DNA of 64,000 nt from assembly GCA_020852295.1 (NCBI GenBank), contig JADZBC010000016.1, positions 294-64,293 on the forward strand. Reading direction: 5' to 3'. Below the pieces are notes generated by a model. That model had not been told where the DNA came from. It saw only the letters and a program-made list of their open reading frames with translations, and ran no database searches. Origin of the DNA: a bacterium (GTDB lineage Bacteria; Patescibacteriota; Saccharimonadia; CAILAD01; JADZBC01). Position numbers and translations under genes: made by a program. Every line of letters begins with the position of its first letter. Positions within the stretch are counted from its first letter, which is position 1. This document shows, piece by piece, positions 19,575-30,300 of this stretch.

Positions 19575-20801
19575 CTATGTAGCCTTGCCGAAGCCAACTC
19601 TATCAGGCACGATATCGGCCCCCAGCCAGCTTGCCCGGCCAATTGCCCTGTTGCCGAAGCGGTCCAGTATCTCATCGCCTGCTCGACTGATAGCCTGACT
19701 ACCCTGCTCGCCAAAAATACTGAGTTGGCCCTCAGGTACTAAATCAAAAAGAGTTAGGCCAAGCCGACGCACCGGCCATAGCCCCCAGTACTGCCTCAAC
19801 AGATCAAAGCTTGCAAGAATAATCTCGTTATCCCCCGTCATTCTCATGGTGCCGCGCGCCACGGCCTTAACCCCTTGATGATATTGGTTGCCACCAAGCC
19901 ACAACATGAGTGATCGTGCGACCATTTCGTGCTGACGAAGCCGACGCCCAGCTTTAGAGGCGAGCTTAGTGAGAACGGTCCGTACACCGCTCTCATCGAC
20001 CAGGGGTTCACCTAAAATAGTCGTCTGGTGACCAATTGAACGAGGCGGTTTAAGCTGCGGCTCGAAGTCCACCTCATAGCCACGCATCCTCAAAAACCAC
20101 TTCTGGCCAACCAAGCCAAAATGACGAACCAAGAAATCTATCGGTGCATGGTACAGATCAAGCGTAGAATATATTCTGACTGCATACAGTCGACGCAACA
20201 TACGATAGTTTATGCCAGTTAACTTCATAAGTGGCAATCCAGCATAAAACCGCTCTAGATCGCTAATTTCCAGTAATTTAAAGCCATTGGGCTTTGCTGA
20301 GCTTGCCGCCATCTTAGCCAACCACATGTTTGTACTGACCCCAATCGAACACTTTATATAGTCACCAACACCATGGGCAAAAGTGCCTTTTATTGCTTTT
20401 TGTAAAGCAAAAATTGATTGTGGACGTCGTGCATATGACGGAATTATGAGGCATGCCTCATCGACACTTTTTGGCAAAACTTTACAGTACGTATCTTCGA
20501 GGATGGTCATTAAACGCCGGCTAATTGATCGATACAGCGCAGCATTGTCACGCACCAACGCAATTTCGGGGCACCGTCGGCGCGCCTCTGCAATGCGTAC
20601 ACCGACGCGAATACCAAGCCGTTTTGCCTCATAGGATGAGGCAATAACTGCGCAACCATCACCAAGACAAGGACAGACTGCCACCGGACGATTACGTAGC
20701 TCTGGTCGAAACTGCTGCTCGACAGAGGCGAAGAAAGCATCCATATCGACATACATCGTACTCAAGGCAGCGGGTGGTTTCTCTAAAAATTGATCTAGCA
20801 T
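19575..20801 (-). CDS. dinB: Y-family DNA polymerase IV
   Basis: YVDMDAFFASVEQ, ASSYEAK, SVDEA, LAKMA...KPNG. Confidence 0.92.
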   Translation of the reverse strand: MLDQFLEKPPAALSTMYVDMDAFFASVEQQFRPELRNRPVAVCPCLGDGCAVIASSYEAKRLGIRVGVRIAEARRRCPEIALVRDNAALYRSISRRLMTILEDTYCKVLPKSVDEACLIIPSYARRPQSIFALQKAIKGTFAHGVGDYIKCSIGVSTNMWLAKMAASSAKPNGFKLLEISDLERFYAGLPLMKLTGINYRMLRRLYAVRIYSTLDLYHAPIDFLVRHFGLVGQKWFLRMRGYEVDFEPQLKPPRSIGHQTTILGEPLVDESGVRTVLTKLASKAGRRLRQHEMVARSLMLWLGGNQYHQGVKAVARGTMRMTGDNEIILASFDLLRQYWGLWPVRRLGLTLFDLVPEGQLSIFGEQGSQAISRAGDEILDRFGNRAIGRASWLGADIVPDRVGFGKAT

Positions 20802-20877
20802 ATGAGATATAATACTAGAATAAACCTGTTTTTACAAACAAAATACGAACAGTATTTATGACTCCCCTAGATGGGTT

Positions 20878-22107
20878 CTACTCGTGACGCAGGGCTTCGA
20901 TGGGATTGATATGGCTAGCACGGCGAGCTGGGAAATACACCACCACAAAACCGACAATAGTAACAAACACGAAAGTAGCGGCAATGATCCATGGCTGCAA
21001 GTCAAAGGCTGTAATGCGATCAGGCACTCCCCGGCTCGCCGCCCAGCTATTGAGCACCAAATCAACGACTCGACCGCTCATATAGGCGCCAATCAGGCCG
21101 ATGAGGCCACCAAGGTGCGAGAGCGTAATCGACTCCATGATGAACAGCCGGCGGACATCACGCTGACGAGCACCAAGCGAAATCATCAGTCCAATTTCGC
21201 GAGTACGCTCCAGCAGCGAAATGGTCAGAGTGTTGAACATACCCAAGACAGCGATGATCATGCCGATGCCACCGAATCCAACAAGTATAAAGTTGAACAG
21301 GTTAAATATCTGGTTAATCTGGTCGAGCGTATCAAGTGGCGAACTAGATGTCAGACCAAAAGCCTCGATCTGCTTCTTGAGTTCAGGCACAGACTGTTGT
21401 GATTTTGCCAACACTTTTAATTGACTAGCGTTGACCACTCCTGAAGCAAGAAAACCTTTGCTATCGAGATAAACTTCCGCACCAGAGCCGCTCTCAATCA
21501 CGCCGACGATCTGAGCTGAAAGTGTAATATTCTTCTTAGCCCCAGCTTTGGTGTCATCAACGATTTCAACATTCACATTAAGATCCTTTTGCAGAGCAGA
21601 CTTTGTGTCGCTAATACCGACCGCTTTGAGAAGTGACAGATTCACCAAAGCTTGGCCGTCAGCTAGAGTCTGACCACTCCCCTCGACCACCTTAAGATTG
21701 CCGAGTTCGAGATAATCAGAGTCCACCCCAAAGACAATTGAGTCAGTCTTTGAGGTACCGATATTCGCCCGACCACCAAAATTGTATACCTTGGCCACCT
21801 TCTCAACTTCAGAAAGACTGGCAATGGATTTGACCGTCTCTGGATCAAGCTTAATAACCTTGGACTTCGTGGAGCTTACATCGATCGTTTTAACTGAGTT
21901 TGAGCCCACCACCTGCCGATTGACAAGCTTCTGGAGGCCCAGACCCAAAGAAACGAGAAATACGATAGAGCCAACCCCGATGACGACACCAAGTACTGTC
22001 AACGAGGTGCGCAGTTTCTTGAAAAACAGGTTCTTCAGTGACATATGTGCAAGAATCTGTGGCTTGATCACGCCGCGCAAACGATGGTGCTTGATCATTT
22101 CCTCCAC
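20878..22107 (-). CDS. MacB/FtsX-family ABC transporter permease
   Basis: KLRTSLTVLGVVIG, ERTREIG...LGA, PARRAS.INPIEALRHE. Confidence 0.92.
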   Translation of the reverse strand: MEEMIKHHRLRGVIKPQILAHMSLKNLFFKKLRTSLTVLGVVIGVGSIVFLVSLGLGLQKLVNRQVVGSNSVKTIDVSSTKSKVIKLDPETVKSIASLSEVEKVAKVYNFGGRANIGTSKTDSIVFGVDSDYLELGNLKVVEGSGQTLADGQALVNLSLLKAVGISDTKSALQKDLNVNVEIVDDTKAGAKKNITLSAQIVGVIESGSGAEVYLDSKGFLASGVVNASQLKVLAKSQQSVPELKKQIEAFGLTSSSPLDTLDQINQIFNLFNFILVGFGGIGMIIAVLGMFNTLTISLLERTREIGLMISLGARQRDVRRLFIMESITLSHLGGLIGLIGAYMSGRVVDLVLNSWAASRGVPDRITAFDLQPWIIAATFVFVTIVGFVVVYFPARRASHINPIEALRHE

Positions 22108-22895
22108 TACACCCTCCTCTTGCGTTTGACGGGTGATTTTTTGGCATCGATGGCATCTGACATGGTGTTGCGCGCCTTGGTGAGTGTGGCTGATGACGCC
22201 TGATAGTGACCGCTATCTTCGGTCACGACACCGTCCTTTATGCTAATACGGTGATCACTGAGTGGAAGGTACTCGAGGTTGTGGGTAACTAACACTACAG
22301 TGGTATTGAAGTCATCGCGAAACTGCTGCAGCAGGTTCATAACCACATCGCCGTTCTTGGTATCTAGGTTGCCAGTTGGCTCATCCGCAATCAGCAAGGT
22401 CGGACTTACAACAGTAGCCCGCGCCAAGGAGATGCGCTGCTGCTGACCACCAGAGAGGAGCGTCGGGCGGTAATTGGCAAATTTCTCCAGACCAACCCGT
22501 GCGAGACTCAACTTTGCCTCACCAATTGCCTCGCCCTTCGATCGCCCCGTCAAATACAGCGGTAAGGCGATGTTTTCGAGCGCCGACAAAGATGCAACCC
22601 AGTAGTTGCTCTGATAGACCATACCGATCGTGTTGGCACGATAACGAGCCCGTTCGTCGGCGTTGAGCGCGTAAATATCGACTCCATCAACCATCACCTT
22701 TCCGGAAGTTGGTCGCTCGAGGCCAACCAAGACATTGAGTAATGTTGACTTACCCGAACCAGATGGACCGTAGATGATCGTGAAGCTGCCCCGCTTCACC
22801 TCGAAGTTGAGATCACGCAAAACCATGCTGGGACCTTCAGCGGTCTCAAACTGCTTATTAACGTTGGCAAATGATATGAGTACGTCGTCTTTCAT
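22107..22895 (-). CDS. ABC transporter ATP-binding protein (LolD/MacB-type)
   Basis: GPSGSGKST, LSGGQQQR, ADEPTGNLD, VTH. Confidence 0.95.
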   Translation of the reverse strand: MKDDVLISFANVNKQFETAEGPSMVLRDLNFEVKRGSFTIIYGPSGSGKSTLLNVLVGLERPTSGKVMVDGVDIYALNADERARYRANTIGMVYQSNYWVASLSALENIALPLYLTGRSKGEAIGEAKLSLARVGLEKFANYRPTLLSGGQQQRISLARATVVSPTLLIADEPTGNLDTKNGDVVMNLLQQFRDDFNTTVVLVTHNLEYLPLSDHRISIKDGVVTEDSGHYQASSATLTKARNTMSDAIDAKKSPVKRKRRV

Positions 22896-22950
22896 CGATA
22901 GCTAGCTTTTCCCATATTATAGCATAAGCATTTTCGGCAAAGGAGCAATT

Positions 22951-25900
22951 CTAGCTCGAAAATCCAAATATGCGACGGAGGGCGTTAAAGATAATACTAA
23001 GCACACTGTCGGTGGCTCGCCCGACAATTGCCGACTGGGCTTCACCTTGGGTCAGATTTTTTGCCCTATCGCGAGACAGCGGTTGAACCTGATAGACATT
23101 GGATGGCGACAGGTCAGAAATTACCACCACGTGATCAGTTGTCAGCTTGTCGTCTTCAGCGGTTCGGCTCGTAAAGTTGCCACTATTGCCAACCCCGTAT
23201 GCGACCGCCGAAGTTGCCGGCTCATCTGTCTTCCAGGAAACGACGATCTGACCCCGAGCCTCTGAACCGCTGCCCTTCACGGCAACCTCCACTGATATAT
23301 CGCTAATCTTTGGTGAGCGAGTATCAAGCGCCGTACGGAAGTTCTGCTCATCAGATACTGCCGTGTTGCCAAACTCGTCACGAGAACGCGCTACGAGCGT
23401 GTAGTCACTATCGTCAAGCAGACCGCGCACGACAATTTCATGACTGGTGGTCCGGCCTGAGCTCAGCTCTTCAGCCTGTTTCTGCCCTTTTGGCCCATAA
23501 ACTATCTCGGTTGAAGCGGGGACATTTGTGTCCCAGCTAATCTTAAGTGTACTTGATGGCTCGCCGGCAACTGGTCGAAGAGACAGGTTGCTAATCCGTG
23601 GTCGGGCTAACGTCGTGAATGAGTTGGTATTGCCCTCGTACTCATTGCCATCAGCATCGACGCTGTTGATCTTGTAGAAATACTTGGTGCCGTCGTCTAG
23701 GCCATCGAGCACCACCGAGTAGGTACTTTCGTTGGCGGAAGTGTTTATCTTCTTAACGCCGCCGAATCCATCGCTTTTACCGTAGTAAATGATTGCTTGA
23801 GAAGCAGCTTTGACTGTAAAGTTTGTTGTAGCTTTATCTACATTTATCTGGGTTGTGGTGATTTCCTTCACTAGCGGTGCGGGTAGCGTCGTAAATGATA
23901 CTTCTTTACTGATCCCCGTATTGCCATCTTCGTCAGTCCACTTGGTGACAAAGTAGTAGGTAGTGCCCGGCTGGAGGTTGCTCAGCGTTACTGAGTGATT
24001 CGTCACCTGGGCTGAGCTGCCGACCTCTTCGGTGGCGTATTGGCCAGGATTTTTCCCAATCGAAACCTTACTGTCAGACTCACGATCGGTAAACCATACA
24101 ATCGTAGCTCTGCGGTTACCGATGTTCTCAGCGCGTGGCTGGTTAGTATCGGCTGTTAGATTTGCGGGTGAGGTGAAGCGTCCCGATGGCTTCTTGCTCA
24201 CAGTATTGCTCGCCACACTGCAGCTACCGGCATCGTCGCAGGCCTTAACCTGGTAGTAGTAAAGAACCTGACTCAAGCCAGAATCGATAAAGCTGAGATT
24301 GGTCGGCGAGGTTGAGCCTACCTGGGTAAAGTTTACATTGTCAGTCGATCGATAGACCCGATAGCTCGCTATCCCCGCACCTGGCTGTGTAGCTTCATTC
24401 CAGGATAATGCCAACTTCCAGGCCGATGTAGCTCGAATTGATATATCGGACACATCCAGGTTCTGCGGTGGACCCGGCGCCACGGTCGATGCCGAGAAGG
24501 TCACGCTCGCGTACTGAGTGCCATCAAAGTTGCCTGAGAGGTCTCTAGAGGACACATACATCGTGTTTACTCCCTGCTTGGTCGCATAGGCGCCTGAAGC
24601 AAGCTGGGTAATGCCCTCGCCTGTCCAGTTACAGTTGCTGCCATCCGCCGCGATCGGTGTATTGACGCTCCAGCAGTAGTTGATCGTGCCCGTACCGCCA
24701 AACGACATGGCTGGCGGGTCCCAGGTAAAGGCAAAATCATTTGTGCTATTACTACTCGGTGTAACCTGCAGATTTGTCGCGGCCCCGGCTGCTTGGTAGG
24801 TGATGGTGAAAATGAATCCCGGAGGACCCGAGTTAATGATATTGCCCGCATTATCAACCAGCGCAATGATCATACCGTTGATGCCGAAGAGTCCACCTCC
24901 CGCAATGCTGTCGTCTAGGCGTGCAGCATCCGCCACTGCCGTGCTGAGCGTGCCGTCAGTATACGGAAACACATCGCTCGTATCGGAAGCTTGGCCTGAG
25001 GTGTGGTTCTTACCATACCAGTTATTGTCATTCTCGCCGCAGCCTGAAAAACCATCTATCAATCTTGCAACACAGTACTTAAAGCCAGCAATACCAGATG
25101 TAGCATCAAACGATGGCGCCATCGGTAACCAAGTTGCAGATACGATTTTGCTATTTGTAACCGCTTTTGGCGGGGTGACGATTGTAGCGAGGGTTGGGTC
25201 GTCATTGTCATAGCGGAAGCTGATCACAGTCGCTGCGCTCGCCAGGTTGCCGGAGTTGTCGATGGGTCGCACCCCGACATAGTAGGTCGTTCCATTACTG
25301 AGGCTGGCCATTGATGAAATTGCCGCCAGATCGAGTGAAGTGCCGCTAATCGCGTACTCACAGGCGCCACCAGTATTGAGTGGGCTGGGATCCCCAATCA
25401 TATCTTTTGTCAGGCCATCGGGCGTAGTCGTATTTTGAGTGAGTCCAATGCAATAACCACCAACACCACTACCACCAATATTATCGGTGGCTGCCGACCA
25501 GCTCAGGTACGGCTTCTGATTGACCCAGGCATTGTTGGCCAGTGACTGGCCACCGTTAAAACGGTTCATATTGATTGAGCTGAGGATATTTGGCCCGGTG
25601 CTATCATTGCCGTGCTCAATCGTTACGGAGCTGACGGCTGCATCATGGGTACCATCATCAGAGAGCACTATCTGGTATTGCATATACTGCTGGCCAATAC
25701 CATAGCAACTCGAGCTCGTTATCGCGTCTCCGCTTGTCATATTTGAGCAATACCGAAAGTCAGTTGCTCCACTCATATCCGAACTAGCTGACGTACGTAT
25801 CCGAACTGTCTTTATGCCCGATCCGCTTGAATCGTAATTTAGATTGCCGTAGAAAGCATTGGCGCCCATATCAATGACCGATGAGGTCAATGTGCCATAC

Positions 25901-27312
25901 CGACCTGCCTGCCATTGGTAAACTCCTGTCTGCGAGCTGACGGCTGTTGAGCGAGCATACAGATACAGATTGCGGATCTGTATCTGTCGCCAGTCGGTCG
26001 AGAAAAGCAGAGCCGAGTCAAACTGCTGGGTGTTATTCGGGAAGAGCGGTCCAATTTGTGAGTAGTTTGCGCCGTTGTCAGTGCTGTAATACAGCTCTAC
26101 ACCACCGCTCAGCCTATTGATCAAGCGAAAACGCACATAGGCAGACTGACTGAACTGGGGTGAATTCTGCGGTGCAAAGTATGCCGACAGATTAGGGTCT
26201 CCCTCAAATCCAGCAATATTTACTGTTGAAACGTACCATTTCGCATTGGCACCACAATTATTTTGATCAGGTACGAGATTTGTGCCAACAGTTATTTGGT
26301 CATTTGGAGCCGCCGAATTCACGGTAAGCTTGAAATAGTTACCAGGACTGCCTTGCGAACAGTCGTTGAGAGAGCTAAAGTCCTGCCGATAGTCAAACTC
26401 CGTCACAAGATCGGTATCCGATAGACTGTACTGATAGTACGGTGACTGGGCGGTCAGGTTACATGCGGGGCCGGTCGTTGCGACACCACCATTGAAATCC
26501 GTTTCATTGCAACCATACCAGTAAGGGTTACCGTTATTACCGCTTAGTTCGTTAAAGTGATCTGCAAATAACATTGTATTATTTACATCAGAAACTGAAT
26601 TTGCGTTTGCGTTACCAAAATATACATACAAATTTGTGCTACCTTGTGGCAAGCTAGGGATCTTTACATAAACATCGGCCGACTGTCCGTTGTAGTCATG
26701 CGCAAGAAAATGACTGTAGTCTGTATCGCCCGCCTCATTGGTAAATCGTAGGTCTCGAAAATCTGACTGCATTCCGGTATCAGTTGTGATCGTAATTTTC
26801 GCCTGATAATTGGTAAAGGTTTGACTGGCCGTGTTTTTTACCGTGATAAGCTTACGGGCCGTCCAGTTTGTGTCACAATTTGGCGTGTTGCACCAATTGG
26901 CATGGTCAGAGGCACCAATACTCACGCTGCCAGCTGCTGGTACAGTATTATCAGCTTCAGCGTACTGGTTGACCGTGCTGCTACCTACCCCACCCGACCA
27001 GTCAGCTTGAACAAACTGATCAAATGCACCGGCAACTCTGGTGAAACCAATCATGGCAATGAGCGACATACCGATATACATCGCAAAAATACCGACGTGT
27101 ACCTTGTGGTGGTGTCGATGATTGTGCCAGCGGTCATACCAGCCAACTCGCTGACGGATCCGTTGATGTGGCCGATGTACGAGCACATGATGGGCGCGGC
27201 CAACACCATGCACGACCAAGTGAACTACCTCGGCAGGAGCCGCAATAGCATGGTGGGCAATGTGGTTAACTTTTCGCTTTATTCGCTTATGCTTTTTCAC
27301 CATTACCATCAT
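22951..27312 (-). CDS. Large surface protein: His-rich N-tail, TM/signal, DUF2341, FN3/purple-acid-phosphatase-N-like repeats
   Basis: MQSDFRDLRFT...YVKIP...YVYFGN (DUF2341-like); W.TD...S.V..G and L..L.PGT.YY FN3 repeats. Confidence 0.8.
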   Translation of the reverse strand: MMVMVKKHKRIKRKVNHIAHHAIAAPAEVVHLVVHGVGRAHHVLVHRPHQRIRQRVGWYDRWHNHRHHHKVHVGIFAMYIGMSLIAMIGFTRVAGAFDQFVQADWSGGVGSSTVNQYAEADNTVPAAGSVSIGASDHANWCNTPNCDTNWTARKLITVKNTASQTFTNYQAKITITTDTGMQSDFRDLRFTNEAGDTDYSHFLAHDYNGQSADVYVKIPSLPQGSTNLYVYFGNANANSVSDVNNTMLFADHFNELSGNNGNPYWYGCNETDFNGGVATTGPACNLTAQSPYYQYSLSDTDLVTEFDYRQDFSSLNDCSQGSPGNYFKLTVNSAAPNDQITVGTNLVPDQNNCGANAKWYVSTVNIAGFEGDPNLSAYFAPQNSPQFSQSAYVRFRLINRLSGGVELYYSTDNGANYSQIGPLFPNNTQQFDSALLFSTDWRQIQIRNLYLYARSTAVSSQTGVYQWQAGRYGTLTSSVIDMGANAFYGNLNYDSSGSGIKTVRIRTSASSDMSGATDFRYCSNMTSGDAITSSSCYGIGQQYMQYQIVLSDDGTHDAAVSSVTIEHGNDSTGPNILSSINMNRFNGGQSLANNAWVNQKPYLSWSAATDNIGGSGVGGYCIGLTQNTTTPDGLTKDMIGDPSPLNTGGACEYAISGTSLDLAAISSMASLSNGTTYYVGVRPIDNSGNLASAATVISFRYDNDDPTLATIVTPPKAVTNSKIVSATWLPMAPSFDATSGIAGFKYCVARLIDGFSGCGENDNNWYGKNHTSGQASDTSDVFPYTDGTLSTAVADAARLDDSIAGGGLFGINGMIIALVDNAGNIINSGPPGFIFTITYQAAGAATNLQVTPSSNSTNDFAFTWDPPAMSFGGTGTINYCWSVNTPIAADGSNCNWTGEGITQLASGAYATKQGVNTMYVSSRDLSGNFDGTQYASVTFSASTVAPGPPQNLDVSDISIRATSAWKLALSWNEATQPGAGIASYRVYRSTDNVNFTQVGSTSPTNLSFIDSGLSQVLYYYQVKACDDAGSCSVASNTVSKKPSGRFTSPANLTADTNQPRAENIGNRRATIVWFTDRESDSKVSIGKNPGQYATEEVGSSAQVTNHSVTLSNLQPGTTYYFVTKWTDEDGNTGISKEVSFTTLPAPLVKEITTTQINVDKATTNFTVKAASQAIIYYGKSDGFGGVKKINTSANESTYSVVLDGLDDGTKYFYKINSVDADGNEYEGNTNSFTTLARPRISNLSLRPVAGEPSSTLKISWDTNVPASTEIVYGPKGQKQAEELSSGRTTSHEIVVRGLLDDSDYTLVARSRDEFGNTAVSDEQNFRTALDTRSPKISDISVEVAVKGSGSEARGQIVVSWKTDEPATSAVAYGVGNSGNFTSRTAEDDKLTTDHVVVISDLSPSNVYQVQPLSRDRAKNLTQGEAQSAIVGRATDSVLSIIFNALRRIFGFSS

Positions 27313-27315
27313 ACC

Positions 27316-30300
27316 CTATCCTCCGAACCCAAAGATACGACTGAGCGCGTTAAAGATGATACTGAGGATACTATCTGAAGCTCGACCAACGATGGCAGAC
27401 TGACTTTCGCTCATGGCTTTGTTTCGTGCCTTATCGTACGAGATTGCTCGTACCTGATAGACACTTGATGGCGATAGGTCTGAGAGTACCACGACATGGT
27501 CTTTGGTGAGACGACCGTCTTCTGCTGTCTGCGAAGTAGCTGCCGACACATCCGTACCGATCCCATAGCCAACAGCTGAACTGGTTGGCTCATCAGTCTT
27601 CCAGGAAACGACGACCTGTCCGCGCGCCGATGCTCCGGTACCGCGTACGCCAACCTCTACATTGAAGTCTGATATCTTCGCGGGCCGGGTATCGAGTGCT
27701 GTGCGAAAGACCTGTTGACTTGATGTAGCGAGATTGCCGCTCGCATCACGGGAACGTGCGACGAGGCTATACTCTGTATCGTCCTCAAGATTACGGATGA
27801 TGAGCTCATGCTTGGTCGTAAGAGACGAATTGATAAGATCTTTTGGCGTAGCACCAACTGGTCCATACGAGACTTCGGAAGACGACGGCACGTTGGTCTC
27901 CCACGTCACTCGTTGAGTGCTCGATGGCTCTCCCTCGACTGTGTCAAAACGCAGATTTTGTATCTTTGGCAGTGGCAAAGTCGTGAAGGAATAAATGTTA
28001 CCAAAATACTGATTCCCATCTGAATCCGCCCCGTCGATTCTGAACAAATATTTTGTACCGTCGGTCAATTCAGGGAGTTCGACAGCATAGCTACTTTCGC
28101 GGGTCGATGTATTGAGTGTTTTGATACCACCGAACGTGTCGGTGCGACCGTAGTATATCTTGACAGCACTCGCCGAGCTGACAGTGAAGTTGATCGTTGC
28201 GCGATCAACGTTAATGTTAGTGGCGGCTGCTTCCTTGACGGTCGGTGCCGGCAACGTCGTAAAGCTGACTTCTGGTGAAACACCCGTATTGCCGTCGGTG
28301 TCTGTCCATTTGGTGACATAGTAGTACTTTGTACCTGGATTGAGATTATCGAGATTGACTCGGTGACTCGTGACTTGGTCTGAATTGCCGATCTCTTCAG
28401 TTGCATACTGTCCACTTGTTGTGCCAATCGCAACACGACTGTCTGATTCTCGATCGGTAAACCAGACAATACTAGCCTTTCGCGCTGTTATGTTTTCGGC
28501 ACGCGGCTGGTTCGCATCGCTGGTAAGGTTCGGTGGTGTCGTATACTTACCTGTTGGCTTCTTGCTTGAGATATTGCTTGCTACACCACAAGCATCCGCA
28601 TTGTCACAGGCCAGGACTTTATAATAGTACGTAACTTGGTTGAGACCCGAATCAATGAAGCTCAGGTTACTTGCCGAGGTAGATCCGACTTGAGTGAAGG
28701 TGCTATTGTCGGTTGACCGATAGATCTTGTAAGAGCTAATCCCTGCCCCGACGCTGACCGGCGCATCCCATGACATGGCAAGCCGCCAGGTACTTGTCGC
28801 CTTAATCGAGGCGTCTGCCACATCGAGATTGGTTGGTGCGCCAGGTGCTACCGTACTTGCTTCAAACTCAACCGTCGCAGCCTGGGTGCCATCAAAGTTG
28901 CCGGTATCATCCTTACCAGATATATACATGATGTTAGTGCCCTGCAGCGTTGCATATGGCCCGGCGGCAAGCTGTGTGATGCCTTTGCCGGTCCATTTAC
29001 AGTTACTGCCATCCTGGGCGATAGGCTCATTCACACTCCAGCAGTAGTTAATGTTTGACGGTGCCCCAACAAAGAAGCCCGGCTGATCCCAGCTAAAACT
29101 AAAGCTGTTTGCACTATTTGAGGTGGGGCTGACCGTCAAATTTGTTGGTGCACCGGCAGGGTGCTGCGTAATAAGAACCACTGCGTTGCTGCCATTATTG
29201 GCATTCCATAGGTTGCCGGCATTGTCGACGCCGACATAGTATACAAAGTTCACTCCGACACTAAACGGCCCACCGAGGTCAAGTCGATCGGCATCCGCCT
29301 CACTGGTTGAGGCGATGCCCTCGGCAAACGTAAAAACATCCGAGACGTCATCAATCCGGCCAGAGGTGTGATTCTTGCCATACCAGTTGTTGTCATTTTG
29401 AGTGCAGCCAGAAAAACCAAGATTTGCATTGGTGACGCAGTATTTAAAGCCAGCGAAGCCTGAGTCTGCCTCGATAACATTACCAAGCGTCAGCCAAGTA
29501 GCAGAAAACACCGCGCTATTTGTGGCAGCTGGCGGTGCGTTAAAGAGTGTCTGAACATCTGGAGCAACAGTATCGAGCTTCCAGCTCCGCTGTACAGAAC
29601 CAGTTGAAACATTGCCGGCATAATCAATGCTGCGCAGCGTTATATAGTATGTACTGCCATTATTCATCGAGCCATGACCGACCGAAGCAAGGTCAAGATT
29701 GGTATTGGCCGTAGCATACTGGCAAGCACCACCTGTATTAAGTGGACTTGGGTCAGTAATTATCCCCTTTGTAGTAGCTGGATCGTCGGTATTATTATCA
29801 CCAATATAGACACAGTATCCGGCAACCCCGGAACCACCGAGATTATCGCTCGCAGCATCCCAGCTGATGTATGGATTTTGGGTATTGATCCAGCCACCAT
29901 CTGCTATTGCTGTACCACTTGGTGATTTTTTTACAACGATATTTGCTGGTGTATCTGGAGCGTCCGGATCATCAAGGTACTCAATATCGACACTTTGCAC
30001 CGCGATATCACCACCTGCAGGCTGACTCATGAGTATCTGATACTGTACGTAGGGCTCGTTTGGCTCTACGCAACTCGATGTACTTATCGCTGCTCCCGAA
30101 TTAATAATATTGCAACTATCAAAGCCCTGCGCATCACTCATGTCGGAGTTTTGGGCAGTTCGGATGCGAACACCAACTACCCCACCACCAGATTGACCAA
30201 GAGTTAACGTTCCAAAGTATGGCTTCGTGCCCGCCTGGAAGGTGGCAGAGCTCAATGAACCGATAGCTCCACCCTGAGACTGCTCAAGACCAAAGAGCAC

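Noticed and set aside
20805-20860. LexA/SOS box upstream of dinB
   Set aside because: Only half-sites (CGAAA/CGAAC-like); no convincing GAAC-N4-GTTC or CTGT-N8-ACAG palindrome.
20884-27378. Long antisense ORFs (e.g. 20884-21402, 26821-27378)
   Set aside because: Shadow frames of well-supported genes on the opposite strand.
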